Source: an uncultured delta proteobacterium (GTDB lineage Bacteria > Desulfobacterota > Desulfobaccia > Desulfobaccales > 0-14-0-80-60-11). From it: DNA of 64,000 nt. Shown one piece after another: positions 1-10,507 of this stretch (the first letter of the stretch is position 1; every line of letters starts with the position of its first letter). The position numbers were made by a program, and so were the translations under genes. The notes below the pieces were generated by a model. That model made no database searches and was not told the DNA's origin. It was given only the letters and a program-made list of their open reading frames with translations. The stretch is taken from positions 256,001 to 320,000 of the forward strand of contig CAWETI010000003.1 of the NCBI GenBank assembly GCA_963812015.1, in the 5' to 3' direction.

Positions 1-736
1 CTACAGCCTGGCCTTGATCGCCGTGGCGGTCTCTTTGTCCTGGTGGGCCCGCTGGCGGGAAATCACCCCGGCCCTGGTACTCCTGTTCACCGGTTACCTG
101 GCGGTAACCCACAGTCGGCACCTGGTCTTGTTTGCCTTGACCTTCGGGGCTTATATACCTGCCTTGCTCACCGCTTATTTCCGGGAATTAAGCACCCGGC
201 CCGGTTGCATGGATTGGGTGCATCGCCTGGGCTGGAAAATCCCCGCCCTGGCGATAATCTCCCTCACCTGCTTGTTCGCCTTCCGGTTAGCCAGTCGCCA
301 TCCCCTGCAACTGGTAGCCACCTCAGAACCGCGTGGGGGAGTTGCAACCGGGATGTATTATCCGGTGGGCGCCATTGATTATTTAGAGCAGCGTCATCTT
401 TCGGGAAAATTATTGGTTGATTTCACTTGGGGAGAATATTGTCTCTGGAAATTATACCCTCGATGCCGTGTGGCTCTTGATGGACGTTACGAGACCGTTT
501 ATCCCGAAAATGTGCATAAGGAATATTTCGATTTTCTCATGGCCCGCAAGGGTTGGCGAAATTTTTTGGACCATTATCCGCCGGACCTGATCTTGATTGA
601 ACTCCGCTCCGAGCTGCATGGCCTTTTGAGCCGCGATCCCGAGTGGCGCCAGGTTTATGCCGATCCCGGCTGTGTTCTGTTCCGGCGACACCGACAGATC
701 CCGCCCGGACCGGCTCAGGCCTCCAGCCAACCGTGA
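1..736 (+). CDS. Integral membrane protein, 5'-truncated by the window; possibly GT-C-like glycosyltransferase family
   Basis: Several hydrophobic segments, then a WGEYCLW...VALDGRYETVY motif typical of uncharacterised polytopic membrane proteins; frame open from window start. Confidence 0.6.
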   Translation, partial: YSLALIAVAVSLSWWARWREITPALVLLFTGYLAVTHSRHLVLFALTFGAYIPALLTAYFRELSTRPGCMDWVHRLGWKIPALAIISLTCLFAFRLASRHPLQLVATSEPRGGVATGMYYPVGAIDYLEQRHLSGKLLVDFTWGEYCLWKLYPRCRVALDGRYETVYPENVHKEYFDFLMARKGWRNFLDHYPPDLILIELRSELHGLLSRDPEWRQVYADPGCVLFRRHRQIPPGPAQASSQP

Positions 737-824
737 GGTCCGGCCTTCGAGGGGGCCGCCGACGTGACCGGCGTTCGTTGGCGACGCAGCCGGATTTTTT
801 TGCCACTAAAGGTTCTGGAACCTC

Positions 825-2165
825 ATGACGTACGATTGCCTGATCCATAATGCCCTGGTCCTGACCCTGGCGCCCGGCGCCAAGCCTCTTTCTCACGGCT
901 ATGCGGCGGTTGAGGGGGGAAAAATCGCCGCGCTGGGGCAGGCCGATGCTATACAAGACCTCCCCCCCGCCCGGGAGCGTCTGGACGTCCATGGGGCCCT
1001 GGTCCTTCCCGGTTTGGTCAATACCCATTGCCACGCTCCCATGGTCTGGTTCCGGGGCCTGGCCGACGACCTCCCCTTGCAGCAATGGCTCACGGAGTGC
1101 ATCTTTCCCGCCGAGGCCGGCTGGCTCGATGCCGACAAGGTCTATTGGGGCGCGCTCCTGGCCGCGGCCGAAATGATCCGGGGAGGCGTCACCACCGTGG
1201 CCGACGGCTATTTTTTTGAGGCCGCGGTGCGCCAGGCCCTGGCTGACGCCGGCCTCCGGGCCGTGGTGGCCCAGGGGGTAGTGGACTTCCCGGCTCCCGG
1301 CGTCCCGGACCCCGCCCGCAACCTCGAGGTGGCCGCAGAATTTCTGGACACGGGCTCGGCCTACCGGGACCGGCTCACTTCGGCCGTCTTCTGCCACTCC
1401 CCCTATACCTGCGGGCCGGAGACCCTGCAAAAGGCCAAGGACCTGACCCGGGCCCGGGGGGTGCCCTTTTTCCTCCACCTGGCCGAGACTCGGCAGGAAG
1501 TCGACGACCTCACGTGCCGGACCGGCCTGTCCCCGGGAGCTTACCTGGACCGTTTGGGCGTCCTGGATGAGCTAACGGTGGCGGTTCACGCCGTGTGGCT
1601 CCCGCCCCCCGACCGGGAACTCCTGGCCCGCCGGGGTGTAAAGGTGAGCCATTGTCCCGAAAGCAATCTGAAGCTGGCGGCCGGTGTCGCCCCCATCCCC
1701 GATCTGCTCAAACTCGGGGTGACGGTGGGGCTGGGGACGGATGGGGCCGCCTCCAACAACAACCTCGACCTCTGGGGCGAAATGAGCCTGGCGGCCCGGC
1801 TCCACAAGGTCTGGGGCCATGACCCCACCCTGCTGCCCGCCGCCCAGGTGGTGGGGCTGGCCACCCGGGAGGGTGCGCAAGTCCTGGGGCTGGGCGAGAT
1901 CACCGGGACCCTGGAGATCGGCAAAGCCGCCGACCTGATTGTGGTGGACGTAAACCAGCCCCACCTCACCCCGCTCTACGACCCTTACTCCCATCTGGTC
2001 TATGCGGCCCGGGCCGCCGACGTGCGGCATGTCATGGTGGGCGGCCGCTGGCTTCTCCATGACCGCCGGTTCACCACCCTGGATTGGCCCGCCCTCGCCG
2101 GTAAAGCCCGGAAGCACCGCCGGGACCTGGCCGCCTTCTGCCGGCAACTCCGGCCCCGCTCCTGA
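825..2165 (+). CDS. mtaD: Amidohydrolase, 5'-methylthioadenosine/S-adenosylhomocysteine deaminase-like
   Basis: PGLVNTHCH (HxH), HLAET, HCPESNLKLA and GLGTDGAASNNNLD motifs. Confidence 0.85.
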   Translation: MTYDCLIHNALVLTLAPGAKPLSHGYAAVEGGKIAALGQADAIQDLPPARERLDVHGALVLPGLVNTHCHAPMVWFRGLADDLPLQQWLTECIFPAEAGWLDADKVYWGALLAAAEMIRGGVTTVADGYFFEAAVRQALADAGLRAVVAQGVVDFPAPGVPDPARNLEVAAEFLDTGSAYRDRLTSAVFCHSPYTCGPETLQKAKDLTRARGVPFFLHLAETRQEVDDLTCRTGLSPGAYLDRLGVLDELTVAVHAVWLPPPDRELLARRGVKVSHCPESNLKLAAGVAPIPDLLKLGVTVGLGTDGAASNNNLDLWGEMSLAARLHKVWGHDPTLLPAAQVVGLATREGAQVLGLGEITGTLEIGKAADLIVVDVNQPHLTPLYDPYSHLVYAARAADVRHVMVGGRWLLHDRRFTTLDWPALAGKARKHRRDLAAFCRQLRPRS

Positions 2166-2261
2166 CCTGACCACTGGCGCTTCGGGAAAAATCTGATAGA
2201 ATTTAACCGGGTTAAGGATCCCGAATCCGGTAATCTCTCTATACAAGGAAAAGCGGCGCCC

Positions 2262-3812
2262 ATGGCCAGAACCCACGTCCAGACCAGGGAATTCCTCGCC
2301 TCCCGACTTGACTTCCTCATTAATACCCCCGAGGTCCTGCGCCTGGTGAATGACATCACCACCTGCACCGTGGAGTGGGAAGACCATCCAGACCTGGAAG
2401 CCCTGGAGCAGGCCGGCGGCCGGGAGCTCTTTCCCTGCTTCACCACCTACCTCCAGCGGCACCCCATGGAAGTCCGGGGGGTCATTTATCCAAACCTGAC
2501 GGAAAATGAGCACGTCATCTCCCATGTGATCCGGCTGGACTTGGCGGATTTCCAATTTTTTTTCCGGCTGCGCACTACCCAGACCGCTTTCCTGCTCTCC
2601 CCCTTCCACTGCCGGTTCCTCAGCATGCTCTTCGGGCGGCTGGTGATCCAGCATTTGTCTCTGGCGGCCCGGGAACAGGAGGGCTTCTACCCCTTTACCC
2701 CCTACTCCCTGGAAGAACAGGTGGTGGCCGACTATCTCCAGAGCCTGACCCAGGCGCCCTGCGCCACCATCAAGCTGGACGCCCAGGACAACCCCTATAT
2801 CGGCTCCATGCTCTACACCGCCGCCGACTTGCGCCGCTGCGGCATGCTGGACAAAGTGCGGGAGGAGGCCATCATCCGGGCTTGGCGCCTGTTCAAGCGT
2901 CTCCTCTATTATTCGGTGGAAGGGGAACGCCTGTTCACCGGGTTTGCCATTTTGACCAACTACCGCCCCTTAGAGTACTACCGCCAGCGGTGGCCTTCCC
3001 TCCTCTGGTTTCATGAAGCCAACTATACCGCCCTGGACCAGGGGCTGCAGGGCCTCCGACAGTTCCTCCTCAACGCCGATGGCCGCTCCACCTTCCTGGC
3101 CTCGTACAACAGCCGGATCGTGGGCCTCCTCAAGTTTACTCAAGGAACCCACCGGCAGCTTGCCACCACCATTGCCTGGCGTACGGTGCTGCCCCTGGCC
3201 ACCATTTCCCACCGGGGCCAGGTAAGCTTTTGGGTCGCCTTGAAGGGCCGCAAAAACCCGCGCATCCGCCTCTCCCTCCTGGAATACCGCCAGGGCCACC
3301 TCCACATCCCCCTGTTCCAGGACATTTTCTGGCAGGAGATGGAGCGCCAGTTAAAGGAGGTCTGCCCCCGCTGCAGTATCGAAGGGGCCGGGACCGTGCC
3401 CCGCCTCAAGTCATTGCTGGAGGTGGTGCGTCGCAGCGGCCACGGCGCCATCTTCCTCCTGGGGATGAGCCAGGACCGGCTCGATGACCCTCACACCCCC
3501 ATTGAAAACCAGGTGCGTCTGGCCCAGCCGGCGCCCCTCGCCGAACCGTGGCTCCAACACTTCATCGGCCTGGCCAAGTCCGACGGCGCCGTGATCTTCA
3601 ACGACCGGCTGGAGGCCTGCCAGTTCCGGGCCCGACTGAAACCCGCCAACATCTGCCTGCTGCCGGACCAGGACGACCTGGGCGGCGGTATGCGCCACCA
3701 GGTAACCCGGGAGTTTACGGCCTATGCCCTGGACGTCTTGGGCATCTGCGTCTCCCAGGACAGTTATATCTCCCTCTACCGCCACGGCAAGCTGGTGAGT
3801 AGGTTGTATTAG
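2262..3812 (+). CDS. Protein with C-terminal diadenylate cyclase (DisA_N/DAC)-like domain and long uncharacterised N-terminal region
   Basis: GHGAIF, AKSDGAVIF (DGA), GGGMRHQ (RHR-like) and CVSQD motifs in the last ~130 aa. Confidence 0.7.
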   Translation: MARTHVQTREFLASRLDFLINTPEVLRLVNDITTCTVEWEDHPDLEALEQAGGRELFPCFTTYLQRHPMEVRGVIYPNLTENEHVISHVIRLDLADFQFFFRLRTTQTAFLLSPFHCRFLSMLFGRLVIQHLSLAAREQEGFYPFTPYSLEEQVVADYLQSLTQAPCATIKLDAQDNPYIGSMLYTAADLRRCGMLDKVREEAIIRAWRLFKRLLYYSVEGERLFTGFAILTNYRPLEYYRQRWPSLLWFHEANYTALDQGLQGLRQFLLNADGRSTFLASYNSRIVGLLKFTQGTHRQLATTIAWRTVLPLATISHRGQVSFWVALKGRKNPRIRLSLLEYRQGHLHIPLFQDIFWQEMERQLKEVCPRCSIEGAGTVPRLKSLLEVVRRSGHGAIFLLGMSQDRLDDPHTPIENQVRLAQPAPLAEPWLQHFIGLAKSDGAVIFNDRLEACQFRARLKPANICLLPDQDDLGGGMRHQVTREFTAYALDVLGICVSQDSYISLYRHGKLVSRLY

Positions 3813-3821
3813 GAAAGAAAA

Positions 3822-3933
3822 TTTGAGGGGAGGGCCGGGGGACGCGAGTCCCCCGCCCTCCCCTCAAGCTCCCCTCCCAACCCCCTTTAAAAGTAGGGGC
3901 GACCCGCTGGGTCGCCCTTGCATGAGGGATTGG
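3822..3933. repeat. G/C-tract palindromic dispersed repeat (family A) with a nested GTAG-REP hairpin at 3893-3919
   Basis: TTTGAGGGGAGGGCCGGGGGA..TCCCCCGCCCTCCCCTCAAGCTCCCCTCCCAACCCCCT core, shared with copies at 7871, 34040 and 45105. Confidence 0.85.
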
Positions 3934-4006
3934 AGACCGAGAGGTATCCCGTTCTCAGGCTCCCCTTGGGAACCAGAAAAAATTGGCTGGCGTTGCCAGA
4001 GACCAT

Positions 4007-4029
4007 GTAGCCGCAGGCTTTAGCCTGCG
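4007..4029. repeat. REP-like hairpin (GTAG class)
   Basis: GTAGCCGCAGGCTTTAGCCTGCG; related hairpin at 4281-4306. Confidence 0.6.
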
Positions 4030-4080
4030 TTTACCAAGGTGGGTGACTGTTCCCAGTTGCTCACGAATCGGAGGATCACC

Positions 4081-4275
4081 ATGACCATGGAGCACTATGT
4101 CCGCGCCATCGCCGGCAGTTTCATCTTGCTGTCTCTGCTTTTGGGCTATGTCTACACCCCCTACTGGCACCTTTTCACCGCCTTTGTGGGCGCCAACCTC
4201 CTCCAGTCGGCCTTCACTAAGTGGTGCCTGATGGAAGACATCTTGCATAAACTGGGCGTGCCCAAGGCTGGCTAA
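4081..4275 (+). CDS. DUF2892/YgaP-family small membrane protein
   Basis: GGAGG RBS before ATG 4081; two TM helices and FVGANLLQSAFTKWC motif. Confidence 0.85.
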   Translation: MTMEHYVRAIAGSFILLSLLLGYVYTPYWHLFTAFVGANLLQSAFTKWCLMEDILHKLGVPKAG

Positions 4276-4345
4276 TCTTTGGTGGCATAGGCTTTCCAAC
4301 CTGTGCAGCCGCAGGCCGAAGGCTAAGATTAAGAGGAGACCACGC

Positions 4346-5218
4346 ATGCGGTTAAAGGACAAGGTCGCGATTATCACCGGCGCCGGCACCGGCATCGGCG
4401 AGGCCATCGCCCATAAGTTCGCCCGGGAAGGGGCCTGCCTGGTTTTGAACGGCCTGCCCACCGATCCGGTGCGGGAGGTGGCGGAGGCCATCGTGGCCGG
4501 CGGCGGCCAGGCGGTCGCATATCTCGGCGATGTGGCCGAAGAAACCGCGGCCCGGGCCTGTGTGGCTCTCGCCCTTCAACACTTCGGTCGCCTCGATGTC
4601 CTGGTGAACAACGCCGGCATCTTCATCGCCAACGCCGAAACCGACGACTACCGGATTGAGGATTTCGACCGCACGGTGCGGCATAATCTCCGCACCGCCT
4701 TTCTCATGACCAAGTTCGCCCTGCCGTATCTCCAGAAAAGCCGCGGCAACATTATTTGCGCCGGCTCCGAGGCGGGATGCAACGGCTCGCCGGGATTCAC
4801 TCCGTATGGCGGCAGCAAGGCTTTTTTACATGCCTTTATGCAGGGGGTGGCATTAGAGCAGGCCAAATATGGCGTGCGGGCCAACTGCGTCTGCCCCGGC
4901 CCCATCGACACCGCCTGGACGCGTCCGGACACCGGTCCCCTGGACGAAGCCATGGCGAAGTCGATTGATGCCGTCGTGCCCCTGGGCCGCCGGGGCACCC
5001 CGGAAGAAATGGCGAATATCTATGCTTTCCTGGCTTCCGATGAGGCCAGCTATGTGACGGGGGCGCTGTGGCTGGCCGACGGGGGTGTCACCCCCGCCAA
5101 GGACAGTATGGGAGCCAACGTGCCGGAGGAGCTTCGCCGGGCCCCGGCGGGGGTATTGCCGCTGCGCCATTCCCATGACGGCGAGAACGGCAAGGAAGTA
5201 TATCGCGCTAAGAAATAG
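4346..5218 (+). CDS. Short-chain dehydrogenase/reductase
   Basis: TGAGTGIG, NNAG, YGGSK (YxxxK) and CPGPIDT motifs. Confidence 0.92.
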   Translation: MRLKDKVAIITGAGTGIGEAIAHKFAREGACLVLNGLPTDPVREVAEAIVAGGGQAVAYLGDVAEETAARACVALALQHFGRLDVLVNNAGIFIANAETDDYRIEDFDRTVRHNLRTAFLMTKFALPYLQKSRGNIICAGSEAGCNGSPGFTPYGGSKAFLHAFMQGVALEQAKYGVRANCVCPGPIDTAWTRPDTGPLDEAMAKSIDAVVPLGRRGTPEEMANIYAFLASDEASYVTGALWLADGGVTPAKDSMGANVPEELRRAPAGVLPLRHSHDGENGKEVYRAKK

Positions 5219-5416
5219 GTCGCCGCGGGGCGATCCGTGAGCGTCATTAGCCTTTATTTGGTCTTTAAGCGGGGTTTGGGAACGATAATAAATTAAAACT
5301 TGAATTATAAGATAGATTGCATTAAGATTTTCTTAAATATTAGCGGATTTAGTAAATAGCAATTATAATATCGGTCAAAACCGAATCAACCTATTTCAAT
5401 AAGCAGGAGAAACATT

Positions 5417-6508
5417 ATGGCGGAAAAGGATTCTTCTGAGATTGAAACTGCCCCAAAGCCAAAACGTACACGGAGGAGCCAGAGTGACGTCCCGCGGCTC
5501 TCATTGCGAGAGGTGCTTACTGTTGCTCAAGCAATCACCGACAATTTCGCAGGCCAACCGACTGCGCCTCATCAAATAGCAATGGCTCTCGGGATTTCGC
5601 CAACTTCATCTGCATGGCGCACACTCACAGGCGCCGCGGTTGCATACGGCCTTACTACAGGAGCTTATAACTCAGCAAAGATTGGACTGCAGGAACTTGG
5701 GCGCCGCGCAACAGCGCCGACAGAAGAGGGTGACGATACAAGGGCGAAAGCAGAGGCAGCTCTAAAACCAAGAATATTCGCCCAGTTCTTCACGAAATAT
5801 AACCGGAATAAGTTCCCCCCAGACAACATTGCGAAAAATGTTCTGCAACTAGATTTTTCGGTTCCATTGGACCGAGTAGAAGATGCGCTGTCAACCCTTA
5901 AGGATAACGGCGCTTTTGTAGGATTTATACATCAGACTAAAACCGGACCTTTTGTCTCCACAGAAGATTTAAAGCCTTCGCCAGTTACCCTGACAACCTC
6001 TGAGCCGGAAATCTTAGAAGAAAAGCCAGCTTCTGCATATATTGAAAACGAGCCACAGTCACCTGCAGGCACACATCCAACAAAGACTGAGGGGAGAACA
6101 TTTAAGGTATTTATCAGCCACGGCAAGAATATGAATATCGTCGACCAAGTTAAAGACGTTCTTGAACTTTACGATATTGATTATGAAGTCGCAGTTGAGG
6201 AAGAAACGACTGCTATTCCTGTACCGCAGAAAGTCTTGGCTGCGATGCGACGTTGTGATAATGGCATCATGATTGTTTCTGCAGATGACGATGCGGCGGC
6301 CGCGGCAGGAACTATAAACAATAATGTGCTAATAGAAATCAGAGCGGCATTTGTGCTTTATGATCAAAAGGTGGTATTGCTTTGGGATAAGCGGATGAAG
6401 GTGCCATCGAATCTACAGGGTTTGTATCGTTGCGAGTTCGAAGGAAATCAACTTTCATTTGCCGCTGGAACTAAGTTAGCGAAGGCAGTCAAAGGATTTC
6501 GGAAGTGA
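5417..6508 (+). CDS. TIR-like nucleotide-binding domain protein (CAP12/Pycsar-type TIR) with putative N-terminal winged-helix region
   Basis: KVFISHG, NNNVLIEI and VPSNLQG TIR motifs; AGGAG RBS; markedly AT-richer than flanks. Confidence 0.8.
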   Translation: MAEKDSSEIETAPKPKRTRRSQSDVPRLSLREVLTVAQAITDNFAGQPTAPHQIAMALGISPTSSAWRTLTGAAVAYGLTTGAYNSAKIGLQELGRRATAPTEEGDDTRAKAEAALKPRIFAQFFTKYNRNKFPPDNIAKNVLQLDFSVPLDRVEDALSTLKDNGAFVGFIHQTKTGPFVSTEDLKPSPVTLTTSEPEILEEKPASAYIENEPQSPAGTHPTKTEGRTFKVFISHGKNMNIVDQVKDVLELYDIDYEVAVEEETTAIPVPQKVLAAMRRCDNGIMIVSADDDAAAAAGTINNNVLIEIRAAFVLYDQKVVLLWDKRMKVPSNLQGLYRCEFEGNQLSFAAGTKLAKAVKGFRK

Positions 6509-6546
6509 GTGCCCCACAATTGCTTATAGCCTCCAACCTAGTGTGG

Positions 6547-8031
6547 TTACACCTCATGAACTCCCATCTTTAACCAGCCATCCAGCGCCCTTAAAGCCCT
6601 TTCCGCATAAGCTGCACCCCGGAGTTTCTTGGGGATGCGGCCCTCTAATGGCGAAAACAGCCCGAAGTTGACGTTCATGGGCTGAAAATTTTTGGTGGCG
6701 GTGTTGGTGAGGTGTCCGATGAGGGCCCCCAGCGCGGTCTCCCGGGGCGGGGTGATGAGCGGGCGGGACGTGGCCTGGCGAGCGGCGTTGATCCCCGCCA
6801 GCAAACCCATGGCCGCGGATTCTACATACCCCTCCACCCCGGAGATCTGCCCCGCCAGAAAGATCTGGGGATAATTGATTAAATTGAGGTGGGCTGACAG
6901 CAAACCCGGGGAGTGGATAAACGTGTTGCGGTGGATGGACCCCAGGCGCACGAACTCGGCTGACTCCAGCCCCGGGATGAGGTGGAAGACCCGTTCCTGC
7001 TCCCCGTACTTCAGCTTGGTCTGGAACCCCACCAGGTTGTACAGGGTGCCTTCCCGGTTCTCGGCCCTGAGCTGGACCACCGCGCAGGGCTGGCGGCCGG
7101 TGTGGGGGTCCACCAGGCCCACGGGCTTTAAGGGGCCGAACAGGAGGGTCCGATAGCCCCGGGCCGCCATGATTTCCACCGGCAGGCAGCCCTCGAAGTA
7201 GCGGGGCTCTTCAAAGGCCCGCAACGGCACCTGCTCGGCGCCCATCAACGCCTCATAAAAGGCGGCGTACTCGGCCTCGGAAAACGGGCAGTTGAGGTAG
7301 TCATCCCCGGCCCTGTAGCGGGAGGCCCGGAAGACTTTTCGTAAGTCGATGGACTCCGCCGCCACGATGGGGGCGATGGCATCATAAAAGTGCAGATGCG
7401 CCTGGCCGGTGAGTTTCCCCAAAGCCTCGGCCAGGGGCTCGGAAGTCAGCGGCCCGGTGGCAATGACCGTGGTCTGCTCCGGGTCCGGGGCCGCAATTTC
7501 TTCCCGGATGATTTCGATAAGAGGCTCGGCTTCCAGGGCCCGGGTGATGAACGCCGCGAACTCCCCCCGGTCCACCGCCAGGGCCTTGCCCGCGGGCACC
7601 CGGGTGGCCAGGGCCGCGGCCATGATCAGGGAATCGAGCCGCCGCATCTCCTCCTTGAGAAGACCCACGGCGCTCTCAACCCCCTCGGCCCGGAGGGAAT
7701 TGCTGCACACCAGCTCCCCCAGTAACGGCGACTGGTGGGCCGGAGAAAATTTCCGGGGCTTCATCTCATAGAGACGGACCTTAACCCCCCGGCGGGCCGC
7801 CTGCCAGGCCGCCTCACTCCCCGCCAGCCCCCCGCCGATGATGGTGATGGCGGGATGATAGTGAGAAGGATTGAGGGGAGGACCGGGGGATTTTTCGTAA
7901 GTCAATTCCCCCGCCCTCCCCTCAAACTCCCCTCCCAACCCCCTGTAAGGGGTTGGGGGAGGGGGCGTGGGGGAGGGGGCAGGGGCTATCCGCCCCTGGC
8001 CCCCTTCCCCACAATATCTCCACTCACTCAT
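6547..8031 (-). CDS. trmFO: Methylenetetrahydrofolate-tRNA (uracil-5)-methyltransferase TrmFO, N-terminus containing a repeat-derived insert
   Basis: [28 protein letters not shown] and [15 protein letters not shown] at 8031 overlaps the end of topA. Confidence 0.93.
   Translation of the reverse strand: MSEWRYCGEGGQGRIAPAPSPTPPPPTPYRGLGGEFEGRAGELTYEKSPGPPLNPSHYHPAITIIGGGLAGSEAAWQAARRGVKVRLYEMKPRKFSPAHQSPLLGELVCSNSLRAEGVESAVGLLKEEMRRLDSLIMAAALATRVPAGKALAVDRGEFAAFITRALEAEPLIEIIREEIAAPDPEQTTVIATGPLTSEPLAEALGKLTGQAHLHFYDAIAPIVAAESIDLRKVFRASRYRAGDDYLNCPFSEAEYAAFYEALMGAEQVPLRAFEEPRYFEGCLPVEIMAARGYRTLLFGPLKPVGLVDPHTGRQPCAVVQLRAENREGTLYNLVGFQTKLKYGEQERVFHLIPGLESAEFVRLGSIHRNTFIHSPGLLSAHLNLINYPQIFLAGQISGVEGYVESAAMGLLAGINAARQATSRPLITPPRETALGALIGHLTNTATKNFQPMNVNFGLFSPLEGRIPKKLRGAAYAERALRALDGWLKMGVHEV
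7871..8011. repeat. Family A palindromic repeat, full two-hairpin copy, inside the 5' end of trmFO
   Basis: Shared core plus TTTTTCGTAAG in the loop of hairpin 1. Confidence 0.85.
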
Positions 8032-10372
8032 TGACGGCCGCATTGGCGGCGGCGGCCTCCTGGTGGCCGCATTCGTCCCGGGGGCAGAGGATTTTCTTGC
8101 CTTTTTTCATGAGCCAGGGGAACTGGCACTTAGGGCAGGCCTGTTCCTGGGGCGGCTGGTTCATGGTGAAATCGCATTTAGGGTAGTTGCTGCAGCCGTA
8201 AAAAAAACCCCGCCGGGACCGGCGTTTCGTCAGGTGCCCGCCGCAGCCCTCCCGGGGGCAGCGGTGGGCGGCCTCGTCTTCCGGGGACTGGGGGACTACC
8301 TGCCCCTGGGCGTCCCGGGTGAAATTTTGGGTGAATCTGCACTTGGGATAGCCGGAACAGCCGAGGAATTCTCCCAGGCGTCCCCGGCGCACCAGCAGTT
8401 CTTTTTTGCACTTGGGGCAGGAGAGTCCGGTTGGTGTGGGCTTGCCCCGGGTCGCCGGGGCCTGCTCCGGCGCTTCTCCCGGGGCCGGGGGGGAGGCCGG
8501 TTCCATTCCCTGGAGGATGATCTGTCCCCGGGCATCCCGGGAAAAATCGCCCGTGAAGCCGCACTTGGGATAAGCGGAGCACCCCACGAACTCGCCGTTT
8601 TTGCCCCAGCGCACCACGAGGTCGGCGCCGCACTCCGGGCATTTCAGTTCGGTGGGCACGCTCTTCACCCGGCGCATGCCGGTCTTGGCCGCATCCAGAT
8701 TCTGGGCGAAGGCGCCGTAAAAATCCCCCATGAGCTGCTGCCAGGGGATCTTGCCTTCGGCCACCCGGTCCAGGTCGTTCTCCATGCCCGCAGTGAACTT
8801 GGGGTCCATGATATCCGGAAAATTCTCCACCAGGAGATCGCTCACCACCAGCCCCATCTCCGTGGGCTTGAGGGCGGTCTTCTCCTTCACCACATAGAGG
8901 CGGTCCTGGAGGTTGGTGAGGATGGTGGCGTAGGTGCTGGGCCGGCCGATCCCCTGGACCTCCAGTTCCTTGATGAGGGAGGCCTCGGTATAGCGGGCCG
9001 GGGGCTTGGTAAAGTGCTGCTGGGGGTCGAAATCCCGCAGGGTAAGGAGATCCCCCGCGGCCAGGCGGGGAAACTTCGCCGGGCCCGCAGCCTCTTCGGT
9101 TTCCCGGGACTCCTGATAAACCTTGGTGAAGCCGGGGAACTTGAGGACCGAGGCGGTGGCCCGGAAGAGATAATCTCCGGCGCTGATGTCCACGGTGGTC
9201 AGGTCAACGACCGCCGGCGCCATCTGGGAGGTCACGAACCGTCGCCAGATCAGGTCATAGAGGGCCAGCTCATCTTTACTCAGAAAGGCTTTGACGTCCT
9301 GGGGCCGCCGCATCACCCCGGTGGGCCGGATGGCTTCATGGGCCTCCTGGGCCCCCTTGGGGCTTTTGAACCGGTTGGGGGCCGCGGGGAGATACTCGCC
9401 GCCGTAAGTCTGATCGATGAAGCTTCTCAGCGCCTCCAGCGCCTCCGCCGACACCCGGGTGGAGTCACTGCGCATGTAGGTGATGAGGCCCACGGGGCCT
9501 TCGTCCCCCAGATCCTTGCCTTCATAGAGCCGCTGGGCCAGGCTCATGGTCTTTTTGGGGGGGAACCGGAGCTTGCGGTTGGCCTCCATCTGGAGGCTGC
9601 TGGTGATGAAGGGCGGCGCCGGGTTGCGCCGCTGGGGCTTGGTGTCGATTTTGGCGACCCGAAACTCCGCGGTGTCCAGGGCATCCAGGATCTTCTCCAC
9701 CGCCACCACGCTGCCGGGCTTGATATTCTTGTTCTTATGCTTGTAGAGGTAGGCTTGGAACGGCGGGGGCGCGCCCGCCTCCAGACAGGCGTCCAGGGTC
9801 CAGTACTCCTCGGGGACAAAGGCCATGATGGCCCGTTCCCGGTCGCACACCAGGCGCAGGGCCACGGACTGCACCCGGCCGGCGCTTAACCCCGTTTTGA
9901 CCTTCTGCCACAACAGCGGGCTGATCTGGTAGCCCACCAGACGGTCCAGGATGCGCCGGGCCTGCTGGGAATCGTAGCGGGGCCGGTCGAGCTTCACCGG
10001 CTTCGCCAGGGCCGCCTTGATGGCCTTGGGGGTCAACTCCAGGAGCAGCACCCGGTGGAAGCGGTGGTTTTTCTCTCCCAGGACCTCAGCGATGTGCCAG
10101 GCGATGGCTTCCCCTTCCCGGTCCGGGTCCGGCCCCAGGTAGATCTCCGAGATGCCTGCGGCCGCTTCCTTCAAATCCTTGATGACCTTGGCTTTTCCCA
10201 GGATAGTGACGTATTTGGGCGCAAATTCGTGTTCCAGGTCCACCCCCAGCTCGTTTTTGGGCAGGTCCTTGATGTGCCCTTTGCTGGAGACCACCTGGAT
10301 GTCGGCGCCCAGGTATTTTTGCAAGGTTTTCGCCTTGGTGGGTGATTCCACGATGAGTAATGATTTAGGCAT
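8024..10372 (-). CDS. topA: DNA topoisomerase I (type IA) with C-terminal zinc ribbons
   Basis: [35 protein letters not shown] and four C4 zinc-ribbon repeats. Confidence 0.97.
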   Translation of the reverse strand: MPKSLLIVESPTKAKTLQKYLGADIQVVSSKGHIKDLPKNELGVDLEHEFAPKYVTILGKAKVIKDLKEAAAGISEIYLGPDPDREGEAIAWHIAEVLGEKNHRFHRVLLLELTPKAIKAALAKPVKLDRPRYDSQQARRILDRLVGYQISPLLWQKVKTGLSAGRVQSVALRLVCDRERAIMAFVPEEYWTLDACLEAGAPPPFQAYLYKHKNKNIKPGSVVAVEKILDALDTAEFRVAKIDTKPQRRNPAPPFITSSLQMEANRKLRFPPKKTMSLAQRLYEGKDLGDEGPVGLITYMRSDSTRVSAEALEALRSFIDQTYGGEYLPAAPNRFKSPKGAQEAHEAIRPTGVMRRPQDVKAFLSKDELALYDLIWRRFVTSQMAPAVVDLTTVDISAGDYLFRATASVLKFPGFTKVYQESRETEEAAGPAKFPRLAAGDLLTLRDFDPQQHFTKPPARYTEASLIKELEVQGIGRPSTYATILTNLQDRLYVVKEKTALKPTEMGLVVSDLLVENFPDIMDPKFTAGMENDLDRVAEGKIPWQQLMGDFYGAFAQNLDAAKTGMRRVKSVPTELKCPECGADLVVRWGKNGEFVGCSAYPKCGFTGDFSRDARGQIILQGMEPASPPAPGEAPEQAPATRGKPTPTGLSCPKCKKELLVRRGRLGEFLGCSGYPKCRFTQNFTRDAQGQVVPQSPEDEAAHRCPREGCGGHLTKRRSRRGFFYGCSNYPKCDFTMNQPPQEQACPKCQFPWLMKKGKKILCPRDECGHQEAAAANAAVNE

Positions 10373-10507
10373 AGGCTAGGTTATATACATTATTTTAAAT
10401 CTGGGTCAATCGGGATGGACCCTTCTCAGCCGCATGGTTGGCGCATGAAGCATTTTTTTAAGCTCTTGCGACCGGCCTTAAGAAGCAGAGAGAAACCGTG
10501 CAGCCCG

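Noticed and set aside
2262..6508. DAC-like cyclase plus TIR as a single CBASS/Pycsar-like operon
   Set aside because: Separated by DUF2892, an SDR and repeats, with different base composition; kept only as a testable hypothesis
7967..9889. 640-aa plus-strand ORF
   Set aside because: Antisense shadow of topA; typical of high-GC codon bias, with no motifs
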